64,000 bases of DNA, taken from NCBI RefSeq assembly GCF_036321535.1, contig NC_087436.1, positions 65,040,001 to 65,104,000 of the forward strand, written 5' to 3'. How positions within the stretch are numbered: the stretch's first letter is position 1; each line of letters opens with the position of its first letter. Below the pieces are notes generated by a model, which saw only the letters and a list, made by a program, of their open reading frames with translations, ran no database searches and was not told where the DNA came from. This document shows positions 12,201-25,425 of the stretch, piece by piece. Source of the DNA: Camelus dromedarius. Taxonomy: Eukaryota. The position numbers and the translations under genes are program-made.

Positions 12201-14745
12201 TTAATTAACCTAATGCAACCTAAGTCTGAGATTTTAAGTTACCAAAAGATCTTAGAAATTATATCTTTAATTTCTATAAAACATAATTACTATACTATAA
12301 AACATAATTACTGTTGAAATAAAGTTTGTCAAAATAATTGTTCAGTTTGATTAATCACAAATTTACGTTTTCATATTCTTAAACACCAGTAGATGTAATG
12401 TAAGCATACTCAGTCAGTAACATAAGTTTAGGAGGAACATAGCCAAATAGAAAAAAATATATATTAGCCTTAATTTCTGGCAATTTTGGGAACATTTAAT
12501 TTACATAAAGATTTATTTATCTCTAAACCAATTGGAATAGAACTCTTTTAAGGAATTTTATAATTTAATTTGGTAAAACCAGCCAGAGGTAGGAAAACAC
12601 TACACATACATAACTTACATATATACAATCATACTGTATTAGTCTGCTCGAGCTAGCCAAGAAAAATACTCTTTGTGGCTCTTTGTGACGGCCCCTTCCA
12701 CAGGGCTCTCTGTAGGGGCCTTGCCCTGTGGCTCTTTACAAGGACAACCTGACCCAGTGAAACTGAGGAGGTGGTTCTACCCTGTGAAATCAAGGCGGAA
12801 ACAGCCTTACCTTCTGGGTCTGTGGTGGGAGAGGCAGCGCTGATGTCTGAGTTGCCTTTGGAGTTGCTCTTCCCTTTTCTTGAGGATAACACATGCATTA
12901 TCACAACTGAACAGATTTATGATCCTGCCCTGTAGAACCCCAGAAGTCTGACAGCTTTCCTTCATTCTGTCCTGTTTTCTCTCCCCTTTAGTTCCAGCTG
13001 GCAGTGTTTCTGCTGGTGTAATCCCATCTCTGTTTCTGGCTTCTGCTGAGATGGCTGATTAAATCCATGAATTGCACCCATTGTTTCTTTATCAGACAGT
13101 TGTTCAGCCACACTCTTAGTGTTCTCTTCAGAACATACTTCCCCATTTTTTTTTTTTTTTTACAATATAGATAGGCTGAAGGTTTTCCAAATCTTCAAGT
13201 TCTGGTTCATTTTTCCTTCAGTTTATCTCTCCTTTTGCATCTTACTGTAAGTGATAAAGAGAAACTAAACCTCTCCTTCAATACTTTGGTTAGAAATCTC
13301 AGCTAAATTACCAATCTGTCGTTCCCAAGTTCTGCCTTCCACAGAACACTAGAACAGAGCCAAATTCTTTGCCTCTTTATAAAATTCATCTTTCCTCTTG
13401 TTTCCAAAACCTATTTCTCATTTCCATCTGAACCCTCACCAAAATCACCTTCAGTGTCCACATTTGTATCAATAGTCCTTTCAAAGATGGTCTAGGCTAT
13501 TTCTAGCATGAACCTCAAAGCTTGTCTGGCCTTTACCCATTGCTAAGTTCTGAAAACACTTCCACATTATGAAGTGTTTATTACAACAGGATCCCACTTC
13601 ACAGTACCAAAATCTGTCTATTAATTGATTGGGGCTGGCATAAGAAAATAGCATAGACTGAGTGGCTTAAACAGCAGAAATTTATTTTCTCACAGTTTTG
13701 AATGCTAGAAGTCCAAGTTCAAGGTGGCATGGTTGGGTTCTGGTGAGCGTTTTCTTGCTGGCTCGCAGATGGCTGCCTCTCACATAGCCTTTCTTCTGTG
13801 TGTGGAGAGAGAGGGGGAGAGACAGATAGAATTCTCTAGTGTCTCTTCCTCTTCTTGTAAGCACATCAGCCTTATCAGATTAGAGCTCTACCCTTTGGCT
13901 TTATTTAACCATAATTACCTCCCTAAAGACCCTGTCTCCAAATACAGTCATTTTAGGGGTTAGAAATTCAATATATAAATTGAGGGAGGGTCATAATTAG
14001 TTGATAAGCATATACATATGCATATGTGTACTTATATATACAGACCAAACAGACCCAAATCCAGAGCTTATAGGTTCAGTTCTACAATTTCAGCTATGAG
14101 TCTGACATAAACACAGAAATACAAAACTCACTGGTTTGTAGAAACGGTCTGGCTCTCATCTCCTCATTTACATTTCTACCCAGATTGTGTTGCTGGCAGA
14201 TGGGAAAATTTGAGGCTACCTGTTTAATATGAAATTTAAAGAATACCCAGTAACATCTGTGGGAGAGAGCTTAAGCCTTTTTTTCCCCTCTGGTATGTAA
14301 TTTTATTTAGCCTGTAGATAAAATTTTGGACAAGGGATGAGGCGGGAAGCAAGTACCCATCTTGGTGTCTCCAAGCATGTATGAGTGATATGATATCCAC
14401 CCTCTTTCCAGGTTGCTTTTTCATTCTTAAGTGGTTGACTTTAGGGTTCCTGAGCCCTTTGAGACCCCTAGTGAAACTGGAGTTTGAAGTTACTATAGGG
14501 ATCAGAATGAGAAGGGAAAGATCTGCAGAGGTGGACAGAGGGATGGAGGAGTTGCAAACATTGAAAGGGTGCAGATAAAAGATTCACAGAAGCTGAAGGA
14601 AGACCAAAGATGGTACAAAGAAAGAAAGAGAAGTGGGTGATGGGAAAGGGGGGCTCTAAATGGTCCAGTTTTGGGCAGTCCCAAATTTTCCAAAAAGTCA
14701 AGAACATTTTAAATGGTTCTATAGTGAATTTTTCCATTTCTTAAG
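9213..14745 (-). mobile_element. Degenerate ERV1-like internal region (MER4-group-like, non-coding), interrupted by a MaLR
   Basis: Contiguous with PPT and LTR; AT-rich internal sequence without ORFs; continuity resumes after 14010. Confidence 0.65.
12635..14010 (-). mobile_element. MaLR (MLT1/MST-type): 5' LTR 13615-14010, partial internal region and terminal stub of the 3' LTR
   Basis: 'ggcttaaacagcagaaatttattttctcacag...gaagtccaagttcaaggtg'; internal start 'gattttggtac' on minus; TSD catac/tatac. Confidence 0.8.
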
Positions 14746-14759
14746 ACATTGAACAATAT

Positions 14760-15135
14760 TAATGCCTGAATGTGTGTGCCCTGCCCCCAGATTCATGTGT
14801 TGAAGCCCTTACCCCCAATGTGATGATATCTAAGGGTGGAGCATTTAGGCGGGAATGAGAGTTAGATGAGGTCATGAGGGTCCATGGGCTTAGTGCTTAT
14901 ATAAGTAGAGACACAAGAGAGCTTTCTCTCATTCTCGCCATGTGTGTGCACTGAGAAGAGCCATGGGACTACATAGTGAGAAGGCAGGTGTTTACAAACA
15001 TGGAAAGAGTTCTCATCAGAACCTATTTTTGATAGTATCATCATCCCAGACTTCCAGAACTGTGAGAAAATAAATTTCAGGTTACAATTTCCCCAGTCTA
15101 TAGCATTTTGTTATGGCAGCCCAAGAAGACTAAGT
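14760..15135 (+). mobile_element. MLT1A/B-type solo LTR
   Basis: 'ctgaatgtgtgtgccc...attcatgtgttgaagccc...cttccagaactgtgagaaaataaattt...ttgttatggcagccc'. Confidence 0.85.
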
Positions 15136-17672
15136 GCCCTAACAGAAGTAATCCTGAAGAAGTCCCAAAGACATACTACTGCTTTAATCTAGACGCATGA
15201 TCTCTTGTGTACCAGGTTCAGTTTTGTAGCCATAATTGATGGAGGAATGTAAAGGATAGTACCTTGTTTGTGGAGTTATAATGTGGCTAATGAAGCAACA
15301 AAGCTATCAAAACCTGAGCAGAAATTATGAGCAAATTATAAAAAAAAATTTCAAAACAAAAAAAAATTGAACTAGCAAGTATTGAATTAAAGGCTGTTAG
15401 AAACAGATGTTTCATAGTTTTCCTATGAACATTAGTGCTTTGTAGGATTCTAATAAAGTAACGTTAGCCAACGTGAAAAATATACAACAGCCATGCCATT
15501 CTATTTGCTTAGAAATGTTGGGTGAATTTATAGTAGAGAAGGTAGTAAAAATACCACCTTGCTCTGATATGATAATGATATATTCCAGAATAGACTAATG
15601 ATAAGAAGGACTATCTCAGAGAACAAAGCTATCAAAGTAGTTTTCATCGCAACTTGGTAAATGCCCAGATATGGCTAACGTGATCATTTAAAAAATGTAT
15701 GTATGGTATGATAGTAGTGATGGGAAGGAGGAATAGTTTTTTTTTTTTTTTTAGCTTCATTGCTGGAAATACAACTAAATCTTTGTATTTTATAAACATA
15801 CAAAATATTATATAGTTTGAAAATGTAGTTTGGAGTTGACATTTTGTAGGAGTGTGTTTTGAAGAAACAGATATGATATCAGAAAACCTTCTGCAGTAAT
15901 TATGTAGATTAATTACAAAAGGCTAAAACATTAAAGTTGTGATTATTATTATATAGTAATGTGGAAGCTGATCGTAAACAACTATTAATGCATGCTAGGA
16001 ATGAAACGTTCTCTTCAAACAGCTGTAATTACTGAACATTTAGTATTTCTACAATAAAAATAAGTTTGATTCCACTTTTATAGCTATAAATTGGGCAGCT
16101 CATTTTCATATTGCTTATATTCAGTATTTGCAATGTTTTTAATTTTTGCATGCAAAGGACCAAATGCAACCTGGCTTTCAAAAGCAGATGAGATCAAAGA
16201 ACAAAAGCCAAAGTTAGAAAGTCTAGGAGAACCATTTCCACAGATTCTTGAACTTATTTGTTAATTTAAGAATTATAAACAGTTAAGTAGAGGATGTTCA
16301 TATTACAGATCTATGAAAAGTTATCACTGAATAACTTAAGAATTTTATAGAAAATTATTATTTGAGTTTTTTAACAGAATAAGACTCACATATGAGAAAT
16401 CTGTGAATATGTAATTCATTTATTTGATCATAAAATGATTTAAATTTAATCACAATTGTACAGAATAGTTGGAATTGCTACTGATGAGTAACTGAAAATG
16501 AATTTTGAACAGCAGCGTAACTTGCTACATTTGGGCAACAGTTAAAAATAAACATTCTGAGATTGACAGAAATCACTTTAAATTTCATCTTTCATTCAGT
16601 TTAACAAACCTCTCTGAGACTAACTTCTCTACCCATATTATTAAAACAAAATATAAACACCATGTAGCTATATGTTATCCCCAGCAAGTACCGCTATAAT
16701 TTATCTCACCTGGATTAGGAAATCTCCCAAGCAAGAAGCAAGCTCATTTGTCACGTTAAATACTTTAAGTACTGACATGCATAGTAGTCATCAAAATGTT
16801 TGTAAAGAGACTTAACATGGAAAATAGCCATTTCACTGATAACTTTTCATTACTGTACAGTTTGAAAAGACAGAAGGTGGGAGTGTAATAGTAATTCTCT
16901 ACACAACAAAATTTGAACATTCAATAAAAAACATGTATGGTTTTTGTAACTCTTTTCCCTTATGTCTGTGATATTTGGTCTTACATTTTTTTCACTTCAT
17001 TTTTTCTAGTAATTTATTATATTTTATAAAGCTCTCTAACTATGACAGAGTATTAATTTAAAAATGATAAAACTAGTCCTTTATTAAGTATTGCTTAAAA
17101 AGCACTGTTCTAGAGCATTCTCTGATATTCTGTCCTAGTTCTGGACTCTAGCCTTTAACTTTACTCTCATCAACTTCTATGAATTAAACGATAATGTTGA
17201 ATATTGCAATGCAGGCCACTTTAGTCTCCCTCGGTGAAGAAAAAAATCACTCCCAACTTAGAATCCTCCTTGATAACTTGTACCTTCTTTTCGTCTCGTT
17301 CAGATAGACAAGGCTCTACCTACTTGCTTTCTCTCAGAGATTAGCTTCAAAAGGTAGGTACAAATCTGCATGTTTGAAAGTGGCAAGGGTTATCCTGGAC
17401 ACAGGTATCAGAAAATATACCTAAAAGTGTTTATTTTTGCCATATGAAAATATTTTCAAGACTTCAAAATATAGAAATCTTAGTTGTCCAAAAATATCCA
17501 CTATTTTACACTAAACATATATATTTTTTTCAATGCCCTTGTAAAGAATCCAGCCAAGAAGGAAAAGTAAGTATTAAACATGTTGTTACAAATAAATAAT
17601 TTTGATTCTGCAAAGACATACAAGATGTTTTTAATTATGAAAATACTTCCAAGGTATGTATGAAGTACAGGA

Positions 17673-18124
17673 TGTGACAGGATGTGTAATGGCCCCTTAA
17701 AGATGTTCACATCCTAATCCCCAGAACCTATGAATATTACCTTTTATGGCAGAGTGGGTTGGGGCATGATTAAATTAAGAATTTTAAAATGGGAAGATTA
17801 TCCTGTATTATGCTGCTAAATCTGAGGTAATCATAAGGACCCTTTTAAGAGGAGATCAGAGTTAATAGCAGGAGATATGACCATGGAAGCAAGAGGTTAA
17901 AGTGTAGGGAGGAATGAGCCAGGAGCCAAGTAAGTACGTGGCTTTTAGAAACTGGGAAAATCAAGGAAACTGTCCCTGGAGCCTCTAGCTGGAACTAGCC
18001 CTGACAACACCTTGATTTTAGCCCATTGAAAGTGATTTTGGACTTCTGACCTTCAGAACAGGAAAAATAATAAATGTGTGTTTTTTTAAGCCACTAAGTG
18101 TACACTAAATAGGAAACAAATACA
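17673..18124 (+). mobile_element. MLT1C/D-type solo LTR
   Basis: 'aatggcccc..aaagatgttcacatcctaatccccagaacc...gacttctgaccttcagaac...ttttaagccactaag'. Confidence 0.85.
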
Positions 18125-18129
18125 GGCAC

Positions 18130-19345
18130 CTAATGTTTGTAGGTAAGAAGCAGAGAAGGTTTTCCATAGGAAATGATATTTAATCTGAGGCATAAAGAAA
18201 GAGCAAAAATTAGCCAGGTGAGGAAGAGCAGACATTTCCAGGTAAGGGGCATAGAGTACATGTAAAGAATTTGAGGCCAAAAAGAACATGGTGAGTGTAT
18301 TAGTTACCTACTGCTTCTGTAACAGAGTTCACATACCTAATGATTTAACACACATTTATTATGTAACAGTTCTGGAGGTCAAAGTGCAAAATCAGTCTCA
18401 CTAGGCTAAAATCGAGGTGTTGATAGAGCTGTGTTCCTTTTGGAGACTCTGAGGAAGAACTATTTGCTTGCTTTTTGCCACTTCTAGAATTTGCCTATAT
18501 TTATCTTGGCTTATGGGTCCCTCCTAGCCAGCAGTCACATCACCCCAAACTCTCTTCTGACTCTTCTGTCTCCTACTTTTACTTATTTATAAGGACTCTT
18601 GTGATTGCATTGGGTGAACTGGGATACTGTGGGAGTACCTCCTCCTCTCAAGATCCTTAACTTAGTCACATTTGTGAAGTAACTTTTACCGTGTAGGATA
18701 ACATATTCACAGGTTTCTGGGGTTAAGATGTGATCATTTAGAAAGCAGGTGAATTATTTTGCCTACCACAGTGAGTGTAAGAAATGGCGATACTTGTAGT
18801 GTCTCAAGAACAAGAGTATGAAGACAGAGTAGTAAAATACAGTCTTAAAACAAGCAACTATGAAAGGCATCTTAAACCATGTGAAAGGTTTCAAATTTTG
18901 TCCAAAGCGAAGTCATTTTAGTCTATCCTAGCACACCTAGAAGACTTCCTAGAAATTCATTGGTTTTTTTTTTTTTTAAGTGTAAAGTTGATTTTGACCT
19001 CTCTGTGAGGAACCAGCTAGATGTAAGTCAAGAGGAGATAACTTCAGAGGCTAGAAGAGGTGGTGGGACTAAGGTGGTGGAATAGAGATGGAAATAAGTG
19101 AGTAGATTCAAGAAAATTTTCCAAGAAAAAATTGAAAAGAATTGGTGAATGATTAGAAAGATAATTGACAAGCAAGCTTGGGCAACATGATTTCTATAAC
19201 ACCCTGGCATGCATGTAGGCCATACACTGAGAAGAGAAACTGGATGAGGGGCAAATTGGGAGTGGGGACATCTTAAGTTTAATTATAGAAATGCTGTGTT
19301 TTGATATAATAGACACATTCAGCTGAAGATAATTGTTCTTACAGT
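18130..19345 (-). mobile_element. L2 fragment interrupted by an MLT1 LTR
   Basis: Purine-rich L2-like motifs on both sides of 18296-18770. Confidence 0.5.
18296..18770 (-). mobile_element. MLT1-type solo LTR with perfect 5-bp TSD
   Basis: 'tgtattagtt...acagttctggaggtcaaag...gcctaccaca'; TSD gtgag at 18291-18295 and 18771-18775. Confidence 0.85.
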
Positions 19346-19409
19346 TTAGGAGCACAGATATGAGGAGTAAACTGGTTTTGCTGCATCTCACATATTTTGT
19401 ATATAGTGT

Positions 19410-22100
19410 TTTCACTGAGTGAAATGTAGTTCAAAAATATTTTCCAAATTCTGTTGTGATTTGTTCTTTCCTCATGGATTATTTGGAAGTATAACGACAA
19501 ATTTCCAGCTATTTGGGGGATATTTCTATTTCAGTTATTGCTATGATACTGAATTCTAATTCACAGAACGTAGTTTAATTTCAACCCTTTAACATTCATT
19601 GAGATTTGTTTTATGGTCCAGATTATTATCTGTATTGGTCAAGGTTTCATGTACAATTGAAAAGAATTTTGTATACTCCTATTATTGAGGAGTCTTTTTT
19701 TCTCCTTCATCGTCTCTGTCTCCATTTTTCTTCCTCACCTCCCCTCCCTTCTTTATTTTTTCACTTCCTTCCCTCCTTCCTTCTTTCCCTACTTTCTTCT
19801 CTTCTGCTTCTTGCTAAAATTTTCTTTTTGTTTTCGCTTTCTGTCATTTGACTATGGTGTATCCTGGTGCAATTTTCCTTGTATTCATGTATTCTGCTTG
19901 GAGTTCTGTGAGTTTCTTGAGTTTGTGGTTTGTTTTCATTTCTTAATTTAGGAAATTCTTAGCCATTATGTTGTCATATATTTCTGCTTTATTTTCTCTT
20001 TCCTGTATTCCAATCATACATACATTTTAGGCTCTTTGATATTTTCCCAGGTTTTTGATGCTCTTTCCTTTTTAAAATATTTTTGTTACTGTTTGTTTGT
20101 TTTCAGTATTTCAGTTTGGATAATTTCTATTGGCATATCTCAAGTTAAATGATTCAAAGTTAGTGATTCTTTCCACTGCTATCCTCAGCTTTTCATAGTC
20201 CTGTTAATAGATTTCTTCATCTCTGGTATTTTTCTCCCCCTAGCATTTCCACTTGACTCTTTTTTTCTAATAGTTTGTATTTCTCTGCTGAAATTCCCCA
20301 CCTGTTCATGGACTTGCTCACTTTTTCCATTAGATTATTTAACTATTAATGATAGTTATTTTAATGTCCCTGTTTGATAGTTTCAATACCTGAGCTCTCC
20401 CATCTGGTTCTATAGACCATTTTCTTTTTTGACAATTGATTCTTTTTTTGCTTTTTTATGTGTCTCATAAGATTTGATTGAATACTGGGTAATATGTGTA
20501 AAAGAACAGTAGAATCTGAGGTAAAAATATATAAGGCTGCAAACAAGTTCCCTTCTTCTGGTCAGGTCCTTACAATGCTTAGCTGTCAATCCAGTCAGTA
20601 GTTGAGCTGGGTTAGTGTTTCTGTTGTTGGTATAAGTACCTTTAATGCACTGTGGGATTCAAATGCCTCCAGCAGCGGGGTATTGCTACCTTGTTTATCC
20701 TGTGGATGTAATAGTTGGCTCGGGCTTCTGTAACAGTCCCACAAATTGAGTGACTCAAAAACAGAATTTTATTGTCTCATAATTCTGGAGGCTGGAGGTC
20801 TCAGACCAAGGTGTCAGCAGCGTACTTTAGCTCTCTTTCTTAGTTTCTGGTAGTCCTTTGACTTTTGGCAGCATGATTCCTATCTTCACGTGGCATTTTC
20901 TTTGTGTGGAATGTCTGTCTCCAAATCCCCCCCTTTTATAAGAACACCAGGCACATGGGATTAGGGGTCCACCCTACTCTAGTATGAATTCATATTAACT
21001 AAATATATCTGTAATGACCCTATTTCAAATAAGGTCAACTTCTGAGATAGTGCGGATTATCTTTTCAACATATGAATTTTGAAGGGGACATGATTCAACA
21101 CATGACAGTAAATAGGAAAGTGCTGGACAGTTCGGCTCAGTGCTCCCTCCTCTCCTTTCACCAGATCCTGCGCAGCTGTATCACAGAGGGATCACTTGCC
21201 CGGCTCTGCAGTGTGACAGATTGCTGTTGCTTGTTATTTACTGCAAGGCTTCTCTGGGGGTCACATGTCCCCTCTGTCCGTGTTAAGCAGGCCGTGTGTC
21301 TCTGAGACTCAGGAGGGGGCTTTCTCTAAAAGCCATCTGGGCGGGGCAGACACATCGTCTCCCATGTATGGTGCAGTCCCTGCAGCCTGTGTGTTCCTGC
21401 TCCTCCCGCCCTGGTAGCCAGACTCTTCCTTGTGTTGGTCAGGAGTCTTGGTTGTGAGTTAATGCTCTGCTCTTACTACCATGGCACTAGGGTTTGGTTT
21501 TGTGTCAGTGCAGAGACTGGGCCTGGGCAGATTTCCTGCCTTTGCGTATGGCTTTGGTCTGCTGTTACTTCAGAGCGGAATTGGAAGTGGCAGGTTTTCT
21601 ATCCGTCCCTCAGAGGCATCCAGCCTTTGCTGGAATTGGGAGTGGAAGAGGACTCTGTCCCATTCCCACCGAGAGAGAGCTCTTCACTTCTGCTAACAGC
21701 CCGTCTTTTCCTTGGACCTGGTGAAGGGAAGATTCCCTTCCCCTCTCAATGGCAGTCAACTCTTCCTGTCAAAACAGGGTTAGGTTCCAGGCAAGAGTGG
21801 ACTTTTTGCCACTCCCCCAGCAGCAGCTGTTCACCATCCTGCATTCATGCACAGCCTGAGTCACTGATGCACTTCTCTAAGTATGAATACTCCACTCTCC
21901 AAGGCTGTGCCACAAGGGGAACTTCAGTTCTCTTGCCCTGTCCCCAGTCTTTCTCATGAACACCTTGCAAAGGTCCATAGAAAAGAGCTTCAGGATAGGG
22001 GCAAACTCAATTTGTGTAAGAGGCTCCCATGTAATCTACATAGTCACTCTGACCCACGGAAGCCATTATCACTTTGTTTAAAACTGACATTTGCCCTCAG
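19410..22100 (-). mobile_element. Old L1M fragment (ORF2/ORF1/5' region, degraded)
   Basis: T-rich antisense L1 motifs ('ttgagatttgttttatggtcca', 'ttcagtttggataatttctattg', 'ctctgctgaaattcccca') grading into a GC-richer 5' region. Confidence 0.65.
20707..21107 (-). mobile_element. MLT1-type solo LTR nested in L1M
   Basis: 'tttattgtctcataattctggaggctggag...ttttataagaacacc...gacatgattcaacacatgaca'. Confidence 0.85.
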
Positions 22101-22489
22101 GAAGCATGTGTGTGATCTATAGTTTTGCTAAGTGTTCTTTGTAGTCTTTGGTAGATTTGCTGTCTCATTCCTGTGACTGGAAGGCAAATTGTATTATGCA
22201 AATTCTAGCATAATTTTGACAAGATTCTAATAATAGGAAATGAGAGTGACATATTCTAGGCAACACCAAAAAGCCTTCACACTGATGAGTCCAGGTCTAT
22301 TGCCTTTTGCTCAAGAAACTGATTGTGGATTGGAGCCACTTTCTACCTACTTTCAAGAATGGTAAATGTACTTTGTTTCACAGGATGGAGCAGCAAATAT
22401 GGTTTAATTAATTGGGTCTGCCAGTGTATCTCCAAGGCTTTTGTTACTTAAATTTCCTCTTTACTTTTGGCAGTAAGTTTATGGGTTGC

Positions 22490-22690
22490 TTTTTTATTTT
22501 ATTTTATTTTTTATTGAAGTGTAGTTGATTTACAATGTTAGCTTCAGGTGTACAGCAAAGCGATAGAGTTATACATAAATGTGCATTTATATACACATAT
22601 ATTTTCAGATTCTCTTCCATTATAGCTTATTACAAGAAATTTAATATAGTTCCTTGTGCTATACAGTAGGTCCTTGTTGTTTATCTATTG
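22490..22690 (-). mobile_element. L1 3'-UTR stub
   Basis: T-tail, then 'attgaagtgtagttgatttacaatgtt...gttccttgtgctatacagtaggtccttg'. Confidence 0.85.
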
Positions 22691-23407
22691 GCATTATTAT
22701 ATACAACTCTTTTCTCCTTTCCATTTATGGGCACCTGGAGGAAAGTTAAAAAAGTTGGATCAGAGACTATCACTAGTCAGATTCCATTTTTAAACTGAAA
22801 ACTTAACATGAAATTTTCAGATAATGACATATTCTATGGCCATCATGTTGATGCTGAAGTTGGTGATTCTTGACAAAGCAAATAAACAGCTGTTTGTTAC
22901 TGATACATCATAAGAGGTGTGTGGTACTCAATCATTAAACTGCATCTATGGTGTAATCAATTGTTGTCATATATTTATTGAGTGCCTAGCAGGTGGTCTG
23001 AGCTATCAGACCTCCACTGTGGCATCACACTATGAATTTCAGAACTTTGAAACTGGATGAAGCTTTCTTAAAGCAGCCCTACTTAAATTTGGCTTCAGGC
23101 TGCTACCTAGTTAGATAAAACACAACTTTTGTCAATTTTAATCTGTGCTAGGAAAGAACATCTAAATTAAAATCAAACAAAAATGGTGTGCTCATTTCCC
23201 TTTCAGTTTTTCTCCCATTTTAATGGATACTTTACCTCTAAGTCTGGAAGATACCTCGCATAGCTCTGTGCTGTGTTACCTAGGTTATCTTTTCTGCATT
23301 TCTAGGAACAGAACTGAGTTCTTTGATTTTGATTGTGGTTTGCTGCAGATAGCAATGGGGTATTGACATCTTGGTGAAAAGCAGTTCTGGAAAAAATTAA
23401 CATTCTA

Positions 23408-23578
23408 GGAGAAGGGTATAGCTCAGTGGTAGAGTGTGTGCTTAGCATGCATGAGGCCCTGGGTTCAATTCCCAGTATCTCCATTATATAAACAAACAAA
23501 CAAACCTAATTATCCCCCCCCCCCAAAAAAAGCCAGAACAAAACCAAAAAAATTTCCACAAATCTCATAAAAAAAAAA
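23408..23578 (+). mobile_element. tRNA-Ala-derived SINE (vic-1-like)
   Basis: A box 'tagctcagtgg', B box 'gggttcaattcc', AGC-anticodon-like 'cttagcatg', A/C-rich tail. Confidence 0.85.
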
Positions 23579-24959
23579 CTAGACTCTTAATCATAAATTG
23601 GAGCAATATGGTAGATATGGGGGCTCCCAGAATAGACCTGTTGTGTGAAAACTTTCATGTTTTAGAATATGAGGTCAGTGAAATGGGATTGGTAACTAAG
23701 AGCTGTTAAGCAAATACCTTGTCCCAAATGTATTAGGTATTAGGTATTAATACTTACACACCCACTCCCCCCACTTCCCATGCTTTCAAACATGATTAAT
23801 CTACAGTATGGAGAGCTTAGTAACATATACTGTCATAGTGTCCATTGGTAGAGTCATATTTTGCACTTAGGTCTATGGGGGCAGATCCTGTGCTCTTTCT
23901 TCTCTAACATTCTGCCTACAATATGTAGGGTACCCTTTAGTTTTTGGAGTTACAAATGACTGGTTTGACTCTTCCAGGTTTACTGTCTAGCTAGGGGATT
24001 TGGATATATCCATTTAAAAATAAAATTTATATAAAAGACAGCACATGAAAAGAATCAATCCAATATGGGAGAAAACTTCAAAGGAGGAGATACTCATGAC
24101 TGGGACAGTTGAGCATATAGTTATGATTTGGGATTTGGAGGAAGCAACTAAGATACATAGTAAGTTTCAAGCTGGCCTGAGAATCTCAAGAGTGGGTTCA
24201 AACACTGAGAAACAACAACAAAAAAACTCTTTAAAATTGTAAGTCAAAACAAGCAAATAATATCATATTGACTTATCAGGGCTAAGGAAAAATTAAGTCT
24301 TCATCTTCCTTCTGATTTCTGTTTGCACTTGAGATGTATATCCATTTGATTGCTTTTTAAATATTTAGTTAACATGGTAAACACAGTCAAGATAATAGTG
24401 TCTATCTGGAGCAGCTTAAAAGTGCCATGTATGTGGAAGCTATTTAAACCACCAAAAAGTCACTCAGCATTTGTGGCTTAAAGGACTTCAGGAGTGAAGG
24501 GCAGAGTGTACCATCTTCACCTGACCTTTATGTGGACATCAACAGCCTAATCTTTCTACAAGACTACAAAATACCTTTGATGTTCCCCACAAGAGGCAAC
24601 TATTATTTATAAATATGTTAAAGCTTTCAAATATTTGTTGCTCATGAAAGAGGATAAGAAGAGAGGAGGTGAGTAATGAGCTACAGGGAAAACCAGGAAA
24701 TAGATGATAAATGCTTTTGTAGCCATGGATTCATCAGTGTGCAGGAATGAATAGGTTCATTTTTAGGTGTATTTGAAGTCAGGAAAAGTAAGTAGTAGCC
24801 AGGTTGTGAACGATCAAGTTAAAATGTTGGGATTTTTCTTTAGGTGATGGGGAACAATAAAACATTTGAGCCGTAAAAAGGTGAATTCCAGTAGTATTAT
24901 AGAGGTTAAAACTGGCAGCAGTGCATTCTATCAAACAGAGGAAAGAGAGCCTAAAGGCT

Positions 24960-25425
24960 GGATATTAGTCAGTTTTTGTTGTACAGCAGAGAGCCGCAAA
25001 ATATCAGTGGCCCACAACAGTGGGCATTTATAGCTTCTCTTTCATAGTTTTGCAGATCAGCCGAAGCACTTTGCCTTCAGGTTGCCAGTTGTCTAGGCTT
25101 GCTATAGATTGCAGGTTGGGTTCAGGTCTGCCCCACAGTGTTCTATCCTGCATCAGGGTCTACCAGGGACATTCCTCTTAGCAATGAAACAAGCAGAAGC
25201 AGAAACACCTGCTGACTCTTAGAGCTTCAGCTCAGAACTAGTCATTGTCACTCCCTTCCATTCCATTGGCCAAAGCAAGTCAGTGGCTGAAGTCAGCGTC
25301 AATGGGGTAGAAAAATACATTGTGCATTCTAGTAGTACCACAATGGTGCAGGGCAAAGGGTGTGGCAGTACAGCTGCGATTTAGGGAGGGAGCAAAGAAC
25401 TGGGACCAAAGACTAAATCTACCGT
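24960..25425 (-). mobile_element. Old MLT1 (H-K type) LTR
   Basis: 'tattagtcagttttt...ttccattggccaaagcaagtca...aatggggtagaaaaata'. Confidence 0.7.

Noticed and set aside
17304..17353. 50-nt + strand AG..GT segment
   Set aside because: Plausible splice sites but too short, with no other support
21432..21959. 175-aa ORF
   Set aside because: Non-ATG start, lies in the GC-richer 5' region of an old L1, no recognisable domain
23408..23483. Functional tRNA-Ala gene
   Set aside because: Stem mismatches, an A-rich tail and no T-run terminator indicate a SINE
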